A stretch of DNA of 64,000 nt from Octopus vulgaris. Its lineage: Eukaryota. The first letter of the stretch is position 1. Each line of letters starts with the position of its first letter. A program made the position numbers and the translations under genes. The notes beneath the pieces are model-generated. The model was not told the DNA's origin. It ran no database searches and worked only from the letters and a program-made list of their open reading frames with translations. Positions 29,703 to 43,140 of the stretch are shown here, in pieces. Location of the stretch: NCBI GenBank assembly GCA_951406725.2, contig OX597835.1:49600001-49664000 (forward strand), in the 5' to 3' direction.

Positions 29703-29830
29703 TCACCGGTGTTGGTTTCTTTACGTCCCCGTAACTTAGAGACGACTAAAATACGTACCCGACTTATTCGAGTAAGCTCTTCAAGGCCACACCCGTGTAT
29801 GGCCGCAGTCCAATGACTGAAACAAGTAAA
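29703..29830 (+). mobile_element. SINE 3' module C, internally deleted
   Basis: Contains tttacgtccccgtaacttag...atggccgcagtccaatgactgaaacaagtaaa. Confidence 0.7.
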
Positions 29831-30147
29831 CGATTAGAGATTCTAAAAGATTCACCAAAATTCCCCAAGTCCGAATTCCCTTACAATTCCCTGTTAAAGT
29901 GTCTTTTTTTTTTTCTTATAGGATCCTTTTACAATCTACACAGGGCAAGATTTCACTACCCCTGGGAATAAGCCTTGCCCACAAGCCTTGCCCACATAAT
30001 AGAATTACGGACATTAAATTAAACAAAAAGAAACTAAGATGCATTTGCATGAAATTAACCGATTTATCGCTATATCTCCCAGAATTCCTTGCGACATTTG
30101 CCGCAATATTAGCTTTGTGGAGAATCCTAGTTTAATTTGCTATTCGT

Positions 30148-30832
30148 ATATCTGACTCGCTAGAAAGAGCAGTTAAATCTCCAAGCCACCAATTCTTGTA
30201 ATTCCGAAAGTGATTGGAAAATAAGAACTTTTACCTTCATCCTAGACCCTAGTCTATTGACTAATCTTTTCTTTGACTCCAGACCACAGGTAACTAAGAA
30301 TTTTTCGATGAATATTCTTGCTACCCTAAGTTTTTAATTAATGATAAAATGGTTTTGAGCTAATTCTGGAAGAAAATCGGCAATTTATTTATTTATTTAT
30401 TTAGTGCTGGTTGATTTCCGCTTCTGCGCGGTAAATTCGAAAAATTAGAACCTATAGACACGTGGCTGATTACTGATAGCTCAATGTCTATAGATTAAGT
30501 GTTGGCAACCTGCTGAGGATGGAGCGCCAGATACAGACTGAAATAAGATAATTTCAATCTGTATTTAAGTCTGCAGAAACCTTGCAGGGTCTAGCATTAA
30601 GGTAAAAGCTTTTATTTTCCAATCACTTTCGGAATTACAATTGGTGGCTTGGAGTTTAACTGCTCTTTCTAGCGAGTCAGATATCCTATTCTTCGGGTAT
30701 CTCTTTTTGTGTTTGAACGTACACTGTATTCTTCTCTGAATAATATATAGTTTTTTGACTAACTTTTTCTTTCTCGCTAGAGACTAAGAATTTTTCTATG
30801 AATATTCTTGCTACCCTAAGATTTTAATTAAT
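30148..30832. repeat. Composite repeat: inverted arms of about 100 bp (30148-30250 and 30586-30684) plus a 50-bp direct repeat (30293-30342 and 30783-30832)
   Basis: By direct reading the arms match with few substitutions and small indels. The direct repeat actaagaatttttc(g/t)atgaatattcttgctaccctaag(t/a)ttttaattaat differs at two positions. Confidence 0.9.
30509..30595 (+). ncRNA. Hammerhead-ribozyme-like motif (type I topology), possibly decayed
   Basis: CTGAGGA (30513-30519), a long hairpin as stem II, GAAA (30576-30579), near-palindromic stem III ACCTTGCAGGGT and a GTC triplet (30589-30591). Stem I is only 3 bp. Confidence 0.45.
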
Positions 30833-30835
30833 TAA

Positions 30836-30917
<82 letters not shown>

Positions 30918-31774
30918 ACACACACACATCTCTCTCTCTCCTACACATACACACACATACACAAACGAACAAACAAACGCACACAGTTTATTCCCTTCCA
31001 CACTACGCGCGCACGCACTCTCCCAGCCTCTCGGTCGACTCCCTCTGCATACGTTACCCCCCAACCCCCAACAGTCTCCCCGCCACCACCCTTTGCTGTT
31101 TATATTTTCATTGCGATTTAATTATTGTACTTTGAACCCCCAAAATTATTCATTGTGACGATGTCAGAGATGGGGTGGGGCGGCAAATAGCGAACGGTCA
31201 CCCTCGAGCCTGAGATCATGTGACAGTGTCACACCCACATATGCATGTATGTGTGTATGTACAGACAGACAGGCGGACGGATGGATGAGTGAATGGATGG
31301 ATACACACGCACACACACACATGTATACATGTATACATAGCACATAAATACATACACACACACATATATACACACATACTTATGCGCATAAATACATATA
31401 TACATAAACCGACATACACACATTTATATACATGTGTAAATGTATGTATACGTGAGTACACCCATATATATATCCGCACACTCTCCTATACGGCTCTGTT
31501 TCTCTTTCTGTCATCGACACCATCTGCATAGCTCAGCAGCATCATCAACATCACGACGACGACCACCACCACCATCACCATCACCACCACCAACGCCGCC
31601 GCCACCATTACTGGTCCTATCATGGCTACCACCTTGACATCTTTCAATACCACCCAAAGTGCTTTCTGATCCGTTCATGATGGTGTAAGCGGTACAAATG
31701 AAAAACCAATAACCCGTGGACGCACGGACAGACAGGTAGACAGACAGACACACAGACAGATAGACTGATAGATC

Positions 31775-31938
<164 letters not shown>

Positions 31939-31959
31939 TAGACAGACAGACAGACAGAT

Positions 31960-31996
<37 letters not shown>

Positions 31997-31997
31997 A

Positions 31998-32045
<48 letters not shown>

Positions 32046-32475
32046 TATGCGAGTGAGATTAAGAGAGTGTAAAAGAGGAGAGGAAGTAAGAATGTTTATA
32101 GGGAGAGCGATGATGAGTGATAGTGCGAGAGAATGCGGAGATGTAGGAGGAGGTAGACTTTGAAAAAGAGAGGGTGAGAGCGTGTGAGAGAAAGTGGGCG
32201 GAGACAGGATCCATTCTGGGCATCTTTCCAGTCGGAAAACATGGAGTAGGGGGGCGGGGGAGGATCCGGACATGCTTCAGAGCACCTTCACAACAAACTT
32301 CAGCACTGACATCAGATCGCAGCCGCCACCATCACCTTCACCTCTCTTCCTACGAACAAATGCGGGGAAACCTCCATGTGATCGTTCGGTCTGCTAGAAA
32401 TAGCAGTCGAATCTCCGTCAAATTACATCTTTCCGTATTGCAATATGGCATCTGATAATATAGTTTTGGAAACTA

Positions 32476-32660
32476 AGGCGCCGAGATGGCAGAATCGTTA
32501 GCAAATCGGCGAAAATGCTTAGAGACATTACGCTTCTCCTTTACGTTTTGAGTTCAAATTCCGCCGAGGTCTACTTTGCTTTTCATCCTACGGGGTCAAT
32601 AGAATATGCACGACTTGATCCCTCCCCACCACCAAAATTGCTGGCGTGTCACAATTTAAA
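32476..32660 (+). mobile_element. SINE family A
   Basis: Contains aggcgccgagatggcagaatcgttagc...gagttcaaattccgccgaggtc. Confidence 0.8.
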
Positions 32661-33226
32661 TCCGATAGAGTTCTAGAAACTGCATTCCTGAGATATGGAC
32701 GTGATGGTCATGGCTGGAAGAAGAATTTTGATCGTATAATCGTGTCAATTGCCATTGCTGCTCAGTCGTCTCTAAGAAAGCTTCCATCACCGTTGCTCTC
32801 ACCGCCGCCTTCACCCGACAACATTAACGCAACAAAACTGATCGCATTACAAGAACCAAGAATAGTAACGATATCAACAACAACAACAACAATAGCAGTG
32901 ACAACATCAACAACAACAATAGCAACAGCGACGAAGCGTCAGGTCACACAGCTTTTCACTCAGGCCTCCAGATACACAGCGTAATGCTTACAAGAAATAC
33001 AAAGATACATACATTGCTGTTTACCATAATAGACAAGAAAACACGTGTCTGTGGGTGGTTGTGTATATAAACGCATATGTGTACACATATATACACGTAT
33101 ATATATATTGATAAATAGTCACATGCATACATATATCTTTATATACATATGAATATATTTTACATATATATATTTTATATATTCATATGTGCCATATATG
33201 TATGCATAAATTTCATACCTTTATAA

Positions 33227-33267
<41 letters not shown>

Positions 33268-33372
33268 CACATATTCATGGGGTCATATGTATCTATAAGT
33301 GTACAATCTACCTCATGAATAACGCAACAGCATAATCCCAACCTCAAACACACACAAACACATAAACACACA

Positions 33373-33405
<33 letters not shown>

Positions 33406-33406
33406 C

Positions 33407-33459
<53 letters not shown>

Positions 33460-34072
33460 AGATGTATGCGCACGCCTACTCCTATCAAATATCATAGACC
33501 GGTTTCACATATACATATTGACGTATACACAGGCGGATTTGTAAACAGAGAAAAAAAATAATAATCACATGCTTACATTCACATGTGCACAATCACGCAT
33601 GCGTATTTCCGTTACTACTTTCACTTTCGTTTTACAGCCGTTCAGTCTCCTTATCTTTTCACGCGCCAAAGAATTGACTTTTGTTTATTCTACAACTTTA
33701 CTTACAGGTCAACAGATATTTCCTTGTTTGTGTGTATATATGTATGTATATATGTATGTATATATATATATATATATGTATGTCTCCCCAATTCACAATC
33801 ACACACATACACACATGTATATGTAAATATGTGTGACGGGGTTTTCGTGTTGTACATCTGCTCCTGTGTGTGTGTGATTGTAAATTGGGGAGACAGCGTG
33901 TTTATACACACTCATAAACACATACATACACACACACACATACATACATACGCACATACATATATATAGAGAGAAGGGGAGGGAAAGAAGTGATTATGTT
34001 GTGAGTGTGTATATATAATTGCAATTATTTACATGATTTCATACGCAGTATACATATATGTGTGTATGTATG

Positions 34073-34132
<60 letters not shown>

Positions 34133-34338
34133 TTAACGCTCTAATGTGTGTGTTTATTTGTATCTACGACCAGGTAAGCACACAAAATTTGTTATCTTGG
34201 TCTTTCCTCTCTATATCAAACAAACATATATATGTATGTATGAATATTCATGTGTCTATTGTTTTTTGAGCATATATACATACATGCACACGCATACATA
34301 TATATAAATACACACACACACGCGTGTGTGTATGTATG

Positions 34339-34369
<31 letters not shown>

Positions 34370-34441
34370 ATATATTTATATATACATAAATATATATGTA
34401 TATACATGTATACATATATATATACATATATATATATATAG

Positions 34442-34528
<87 letters not shown>

Positions 34529-34736
34529 CTATATACCAACATACAGATATCTATATACATGCACACACACACACACACACACAGACACATACATACATAC
34601 ATACATATCACAAATACGATAAAGATAATGACAAATCAGACCGAAACCAAAATGGCCGCCATCAAAGTATAACAACTGTGAATTGTGGTTTGTACGTATT
34701 ATCTTGTAATATTGTGTTAGCTGGCACTGGCTGTGT

Positions 34737-35066
34737 TGGTGGTGGTGGTGGTGGTGGTGGTGGTGGTGGTGGTGGTGGTGGTGGTGGTGGTGGTGGTGGT
34801 GGTGGTGGTGGTGGTGGTGGTGGTGGTGGTGGTGGCGGCGGTGGTGGTCGTCGTCGTGGTGGTGGTGGTGGTGGTGGTGGTGGTGGTGGTGGTGGTGGTG
34901 GTGGTGGTGGTGGTGGTGGTGGTGGCGGCGGTGGTGGTGGTGATGGTGGTGGCGGTGGTGATGGTGGTGGCGGTGGTGGTGGCGGTGGTGGCGGCGGTGG
35001 TAGTGGTGGTGTTGGTGGTGGTGGTGGTGGTGGTGGCGGCGGTGGTGGTGGTGGTCGTCGTCGTCA
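34737..35066. repeat. Interrupted (GGT)n array, about 330 bp
   Basis: Direct reading. Confidence 0.97.
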
Positions 35067-35267
35067 TGTTAATACTAGTCAAATTGTGAGTTATGGTTTT
35101 CGGAAAGGTGGTGAAGTTAGTGTGCCAGTAAGAAATCTGAGAATAAGGCCGCTGTTGTTGTTGTTGTTGTTGTTCATGGTGATGATGATGATGGTGATGG
35201 GGAAAGTAGTGTAGGACGACGACGGTTAGGACGATGCTCTCCCTACACAATTTAAATTCAGTGTGGC

Positions 35268-35314
<47 letters not shown>

Positions 35315-35643
35315 GCGCGCGCACTAATATCACTCAAAATATATATACGAAGAGATGAAATGTTGAGCATGCTCAGAGAAACAAACGGTCGCTCAGATAT
35401 ACGGCGTATTTGTCTCAAGACATATCCAGATAGACATGTCCACATACATACGCGCATAAATCCGCACACATACACACATAAACGTGCACACACATACACA
35501 CATATTCACATCAACACAAAAGGAAATACATTCAACACAATCATAAGCACAAATATTACGTATAGCGATTGATCAATACATATTTCGAGACCATGCTTGC
35601 ACCTATGCCATTTTCGTTACCCCCATCGCTTCTTGCACGCACG

Positions 35644-35796
<153 letters not shown>

Positions 35797-37693
35797 GTGC
35801 GGCAGCTGCTATCGTGACAAAAGTTATGATACAATATTCAGCTATGGCTGGTTTCACGCTCGAAACTCATTTCAAACTCTGCTGCTGTCACAAGTGTGGA
35901 GCGGATCTGCTCGGTCGTCTTCTGTTGTCGTCCTTGTCGTTCATCATAATCATCATCATCACCATCATCAGCTACTACCTGCTACTGCTTCTTCTTCTGC
36001 CACTGCTGTATTTTCTTTTTCTCCTTCTTTTCATTGAAGTGGATCTTATTAAGCAATTAATCAAACCAGCGAACATGTTTCGATGTAATTAGAATCTCAT
36101 CGGCGGAGTTTATTCTTCCCAAGAAATCTTAGATTAATCTCTTTATGTTTGTAGAGAAAGTGAAGAAAGACCGTGACACATATGGTATTAGTAAATATTT
36201 CGAATGGTGGAACATAGTGTATTAACGTTTCGGACGATAGTGACTCATCAAAATGAATAAGGAAAGAGAAGTCCTTGGAGAGCACATGATTTCACATGTA
36301 CGCATATGTACAGCTCCTCTGTGTTAATGTGTTTCTCTACGAGATCGTGCACTCTTCATATGTTGTACCCATCCATGCATGAATAAATATTCTGTTTCGT
36401 TCCTTAATTTATATACATACATACATGGTGGCTGCCCCCTCGTTATCGAGTATGGCCATTGCACGAAGCTTAATCAATGTTGTTATCGTGCAATGCATGT
36501 GCAAGAAGATTTTTTTAAAGTGAGGAAAGGCTGTGCACTGAGTCAATCCCACTCACTAAGCAACAGCAGCCATAATCCGAAAAGAAGAACAAGTCAACAT
36601 CATCGGTAACCACTGAGCCGCAGGTTTTATGTCTGAGTCATTCCAGTTACCTGAGTCACCTTCTCCTAGAAGGATGCCCTAACAAAGGCTAGGAGTCCTT
36701 CACTCCCAATGGTTTAACCGCGCGATCGGGTATTCAGTCTGATTATTTCTGTCCCCGCGCATGATACAGCCTTAAGGCATTTATAGGATGGCCGTTGATT
36801 CTCAAGAGTTCCTCCGCCCTTTGACGGGTTTTAGTCGAAGAAATCTACTCCAGCCTAGTACTTATTCTCTAGGATTCTTTTGCCGAACCACAAAGTTACG
36901 GGGCCGTAAACACACAAACACCAGTTATCTAGCGGTGATGGGAGAGAAACGAAGACACACACACACACACACACACATACACATACATATATATATATAT
37001 ATATAACTTACTTGGAAAAGGATGCGTGGCATTCGATCATATAATAATATAAATAATATATAAATATATGCATATATACATACATATAAGTACATACCTA
37101 CCTCTATATGTATATATACATGCATATATAGGTACAGGACATCAAAAAAACGTAAAGCAAGGAGAAACGAAAAATAAAAACAAAAACATGGAAACGAACT
37201 TGTTTTCAAACAACGAAAAAAAAAACAGAGTACAAGACATACAACACAAGGAATATTCCCTTTCTTCAGGTGTCCCTGTTTCATCTACTCAGAGTTACGA
37301 AGGTAAGGACAAGACGTGACTTCGTTGAAACAGTCCTTCCCGTAAAGTAAATTAAATAAAATTTGGGAATTTTTGCAGAGGGTGAAAGTGGTAACAGGAA
37401 CAGAACAATGAGAACAAAACAGTAAAAACAATAAAAGACAGAGCAATGAGAACAAAAGAGTAAAAACAAATGATAAGGGCGTTTTTGTGACCATGTACTG
37501 TGTCTGTATGCATGGACGTGTGTCTCCACGTGTGTCCTTGTGTGAATTAAAGTGTGGGTGTATATATGGTCAGGGATTTCAGTCTCCATTTGCGTATGTG
37601 TGTATGTGTGCTTGACTGTTTATATTACCTATGTATCCATTCGTCTGTATGTCTATCTGTTTACTTTTATATCAATTTGCCTACATACATGTG

Positions 37694-37749
<56 letters not shown>

Positions 37750-37794
37750 TCTATCTACATAGCAGCCCACTAACTATTCTACCTGTATATAAAT

Positions 37795-38690
37795 ATGAGT
37801 GTATGATTATCTACTACGTATATTTCCTATTTAATACTGGGTATGTTCCATTTATGAGGACATACTCATGTATTTGTCTGAATGTTGGATCCTTTGGGTG
37901 CTTAGATAAAATGCGAATGTCAATTTGACCCAGGTTGCCTCTATGCTGGTCCTTGGCATCTTGGTAGAATATGGAGGACTGTTTTTTGTCGTCATATTGT
38001 CTCAAATGTCCATTTAGTCTTTCCGCAACGCTCCTATATTTCTTCCCTATGTATGTCACGTTCATGTCTTTACAAACACCTTCCATGCATCATGTGCTTT
38101 AGACACATTTCTAGTTCTACAGTTAATGCCAGGACTAATCTTACATACCATGCAGTTATTATTGGTGAATGTGGTATTCTCAAAGGGATACGTCCGTCCT
38201 ACATAGTTGTTATCTGGTGATGTTCCCTGGTTTTGATGTTGAGTTTGGTCTCCTTCAGAGCTTTCTTAAATCTACTGGCTGGTTCTCCGTTGGCTGTGGC
38301 CTCTACAGACATCATTCCTTCACATTTGTCGGTTTTATTCAACGTGTTCACCCTGTTTGCTTTGCCAGAAGCTCTTTGTATCCTATTCCAGTCTTTTCTT
38401 CTGTATTTACATCAGGTATTACTGGTATCATTACTTATAACTTTTTTCTAGTCCCCCACCCCACCCCCTGTATACTCGAACCTCATCTTTCTGATCATAT
38501 CCAGAGAATTGCATGCGGTGCATGAAGTTCTGTACATGTTTCTTCGTTTCATAGGGTTTGCACAATGGGGACACATTGTTCGTTATCCTAAGTCTGCCAG
38601 CAGTGTGTTAATGTTCAAGTTGTGTGACAAAGCTGAGTTCTTGTGAACAACATATTTCGAAGCTATGCGTTCATAAGATAAACATTTAGT
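37795..38690 (-). mobile_element. Penelope-like element, 3' fragment (RT thumb, Cys-rich linker, GIY-YIG endonuclease), decayed
   Basis: Minus strand gives SKYVVHKNSALS, KHVQNFMHRMQFSGY, NNCMVCKISPGINCRTRNV, then TYIGKKYRSVAERLNGH...RQIHEYVLI...PVLNRK. These show the YIG, R..xH, E and LN motifs of GIY-YIG nucleases. Confidence 0.85.
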
Positions 38691-38705
38691 CCTTAATCAT
38701 CTCTC

Positions 38706-38791
<86 letters not shown>

Positions 38792-39401
38792 ACACACACA
38801 CACACACACGTATATATATAATAGAAAGAGATAGGTAGGTAGGTAGGTAGGTTAATAGATAGACAAACAGACAGACAGACAGACAGATGAACATACTTGA
38901 TTGAAATCCTTAGAATATTAAACAGAAGACTAAAAGAAAAGAAAATGAGTGAAAGAGGAATGAGACTGAAGCCTTCAAAAACTTCTTATTTATTATTATT
39001 ATTATTATTATTATTTCATTTCAGAAATCCACGTCTTGAGAATTGGCGTGTAGACTTTTGTCTTTGGATTTTTTCTTTTAAATCTTTTGCTTTTGTTGTT
39101 GTTGTTTCTGTTGCGGTGCTGGTGGTTGTAATCAATGTCTTTGAGCAGACATGGCATCCAACTGTTCCAATGCAGCAAGAAATATTCGATGTAATGCTGC
39201 TTTCTAATTAAAAATGGATAACTTGGCAATTCCGCAAAACATTTTGTAAAGTTCTCTCTTCTGGAATCATGATGAAATAATAATAGAGAAATACGCATCA
39301 CGGGGCCAAGCAAAACTCCTTAAATCTTTAAACTCCTTTGACACATTGCTCTGACGTATGTCGCTGTTGATTTCTAACCAACTGTATAGATGGCGGTGTG
39401 A

Positions 39402-39437
<36 letters not shown>

Positions 39438-39719
39438 CGGAAGAGAGAGGGAGTAACAGAGCAGTATATAGTCGGGGAATGAGTCGCCCCCTCCCTACTA
39501 GACACACACACACATGCACATAAACACGCACACATTCATACACATAGACACACACACACACGCACGCACACACGCACGCACACATACAAAGACTTAAATG
39601 CAAAGACGCATACTAAGGTGAGTGGAAGTGATTTTTATCAGACATCCACGTTCTCCAAAACGATGTGAATAATAATTCTAAAGCATTCATGTCCGGCGCT
39701 ATACACCCCATTGATGGTG

Positions 39720-39778
<59 letters not shown>

Positions 39779-42595
39779 CCTACTATCGACACAAAGTCTG
39801 AAATTGTGGAGGAGGGGGCTAGTCGATTACATCAACCTCTGTATTTCACTGGTACTTAATTTATCGACCTCGAAAGGATGAAAGGCAATGTTGACCTCGG
39901 CAGAATTTAATAATAATAATAATAATAACAATGATAATAATAATAATAATAATCGTTTCAAATTTGAGTACAAGAGCAACACTTTTAGGGAGAGAGGATT
40001 AATCAATTACTCTGACCCCAGTACATAACTGATATTTGGTAGTGGTGGAGATGAGGATTTCGTTATTAGCCTCAAGGGCTCGTAAAAAAACAAGGACACA
40101 TAGAGAGGCAGCGATTAAAAAATTGGCAACAAGAACATTATAAGAAAAAAGATCTCAAGTAAGAAAATTCCCCAAAATATAGAAGGGGGCCAATTGCTTT
40201 GGGGGCCAATCAAGTAAAGCCACAAAATCTTGATAACACTGACCACAAAATGCAAATACGCTGTTGCACATAGCATCATTCTGCTCCCCGCAGGGTGGGG
40301 TCGTTTACAAGAACCGTGTTTGCTTCTCTCATCTTTCAAAAAATTTATTGGGAGGTGGGCAGCACCTTCCTTTCAACTGAAAGTGAAATAAGAGGATGGT
40401 CTCTGATTTTGGAAGAAGGCCAAGAATTTCGAGGAGACACCATCGACTCCGCAACTTAATGGGTGCCTTATTTCGTCGATTCCGGAAGGATGTAAAGCCA
40501 AATACTGACTACTGACCCTCGGCGGAATTTGAACATTATGGTGGGTCATCATCAGTACTGCCCCCACACACACACACACGCGCGCGCGCGCGCGCAAATC
40601 ACACACGTTAACTTGACCGTGTGAGTGTGGCTAAAATTTAGATAAATGGGTATATATATATATATATACGTTGCTATGTGGCCATATATCTAGAGTCACA
40701 TATATATGAGTGTGTATGTGTGTGTGTGTGTCTATAGTGACATAGCAAGGTGGGGGTACGGGTAAGGGTTGTGGGGGTCAAATTCATCGGTTTGTTCCGC
40801 CATATCTCGTTCCCAAACACAATTCTTCTTTTGTCTCATTGATTCGCTTCGATACCCTTCCTTGGCTCCTCTCCCTCTCTCTTCCAACCCATCTTCCCTC
40901 GCACCACCACCACCACCACCACCTTATTTCCTCCACATTACCTTTCTATTACCACACCCCTCGTTTTTGCTCGCTCACTCCTACCCCCACCCGCCGCCCC
41001 AACACCAATCCCGTCCTCCCTCACCGCCACCGCCACCACCACCACCACTACACTTTTACATTCTTTCCTTCGTCAGTTCCTTCTTCCCTTCCTTCTCTTC
41101 TCGTTCTCATCATAATCTGCATCTTTCCACTCTTTTACCAAGACAAGCATTTCCACTCCCACCCCAACCTCGCTGCCGCTTACCACTCCCGCTACTGCAC
41201 TCCAAACGACACTCGCTGACACCAAACCGTGTCATGCATTACAGCCACTACCACTCCTATTTTACTGCTACTCGACTACCACCTCGACAATACTACATTT
41301 CACTTCTCCATCTGTCGTCCTGCAAGCATTAGGCGGCACCCGTGCCACCGCACAATATCACATCCCATCACAAGCCAGTGTAGAATAGTTTCTGTTCTAA
41401 GTGAGCGTTCCGCTAGTAGGAAACAATAGCTAAATCTTCCTCATATTTCACATCACACGTCATCCCTACCGTCTTGGGGGAGAATACGTTGGAACACATT
41501 GGCCCTGAGACAGGATGGTCATATTTGGAATGCCTTTAATAATAAGATGTATTCGTTCAGAGCTGATCTGGAGCTAACTACAAAATCGACATCACTAGGC
41601 TATGAGTGTTGAGTGACTCCTCAGAGAAACGAGTGTGCCTCTAAGTGGTCACTCACAGCAGCCATATCTCTCTCAAATCACAGTCTAACCATCTTAGCAA
41701 AGGACACGGTGGACAATGTAGTTATGGGCTACCAACAAATGGGAAACATATGAGGAGGTCATGGCTGGAATGCCCTTGGTACAAAGGCTGCATGATCTAA
41801 ACTGGCCTGAGATTAAGCATCATATTAATACTCTCTGTCTTTGCCTCTCATCCTTTCGGGGTCGATAACATAAGTACCAGTTGTGTACTGGTGTCGATAT
41901 AATTGACTTACGAAACTGCTGGCCTTGTGCCAAAATTTGAAACCAATACTCCCTCGATCTACCCCTATTACGCTGAATTAGTTTCTACCACTACACACGC
42001 AATTGCACCCCCATTGTACAGCATTACACTACACGCAACTTCTACCCCGATCCACCCCAGTTCTTTCCACCCTTACACCACCTCAAAACTGATTGTTGTC
42101 CACCCGTACCAAGACATCACCCCCCACCACCACCACCACCGCCACCATATACCAGCGTTGCCATTACATATACTGCGATCATTACGACCACCAAATGCAC
42201 CAGCATCATACCACTGCCACGTCGCTATCACCGCCATTGATACCACCATCTCAACTGCATCCTATACCCACCATTACGCCAACGCCATCTTTGCCAAAAT
42301 ACCCTCCCTTTAGTCATAACCACTGCCACCACGACACAACACTGCACCACCTACACCACCACCTCTACGCTACGGCTAACACCACTGCAATGCTGCTACC
42401 GCTACTACACTACGCCACCACCACATCAAAGGATCCCTACATCACCGCCACTGCCACCACTACGCTACGGCCGCCAATACCACAGCATAACTACAACTAT
42501 TACGCCGCCACTATGTCACCATCAGTGGCACCACTGCTACCAACACTGCTTCTACTGCAAGGCCATCGAACACTGTATAAACACTCTTACTACTA

Positions 42596-42641
<46 letters not shown>

Positions 42642-42680
42642 CTACTACTACTACTACTACTACTACTCCTCCTCCTCCTC

Positions 42681-42715
<35 letters not shown>

Positions 42716-43047
42716 GCTACTACTACTACTACTACTGCTACCAGACCCTACCGCCGCCACCGTCATTACAAGACAGTCGTTCCCCCACCCATCGCCTTCA
42801 CTACAAAAGAAAACAAGAAGCTACGAATGTTGTACGCGAACCTGTGAAGCCGACATCGAGAACTAACCAGACAAATACTTGATTTTCCGCTTCACTGCAC
42901 CGGATATTTCAGCATTTCCCAACCGCCACAACACCACCACCACCACAACCAACGCCAACACCCCTCCCCCCCACACACACACTTTGCCCCATAATTAAGA
43001 TACGGAAGACGGATCCCGTTCTTACGCCGCTTCTTAACTCTCCCTTG

Positions 43048-43140
43048 CTCCCTCTCAGCCTCACCCTCTCCCTCTCAGCCTCACCCTCTCCCTCTCAGCC
43101 TCACCCTCTCCCTCTCAGCCTCACCCTCTCCCTCTCCGCC
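43048..43140. repeat. 20-bp minisatellite (ctccctctcagcctcaccct), about 4.5 copies
   Basis: Direct reading, period 20. Confidence 0.93.

Noticed and set aside
30256-30296. Acceptor plus 7-nt microexon (ctccag|accacag|gtaact)
   Set aside because: Lies in a duplicated repeat unit whose second copy lacks the donor, and the donor is weak.
34396-35214. 272-aa glycine-rich ORF
   Set aside because: Made of (AT)n and (GGT)n runs; not a real Gly-rich protein.
43048-43140. CRISPR-like array
   Set aside because: Head-to-tail tandem units without spacers, in eukaryotic DNA.
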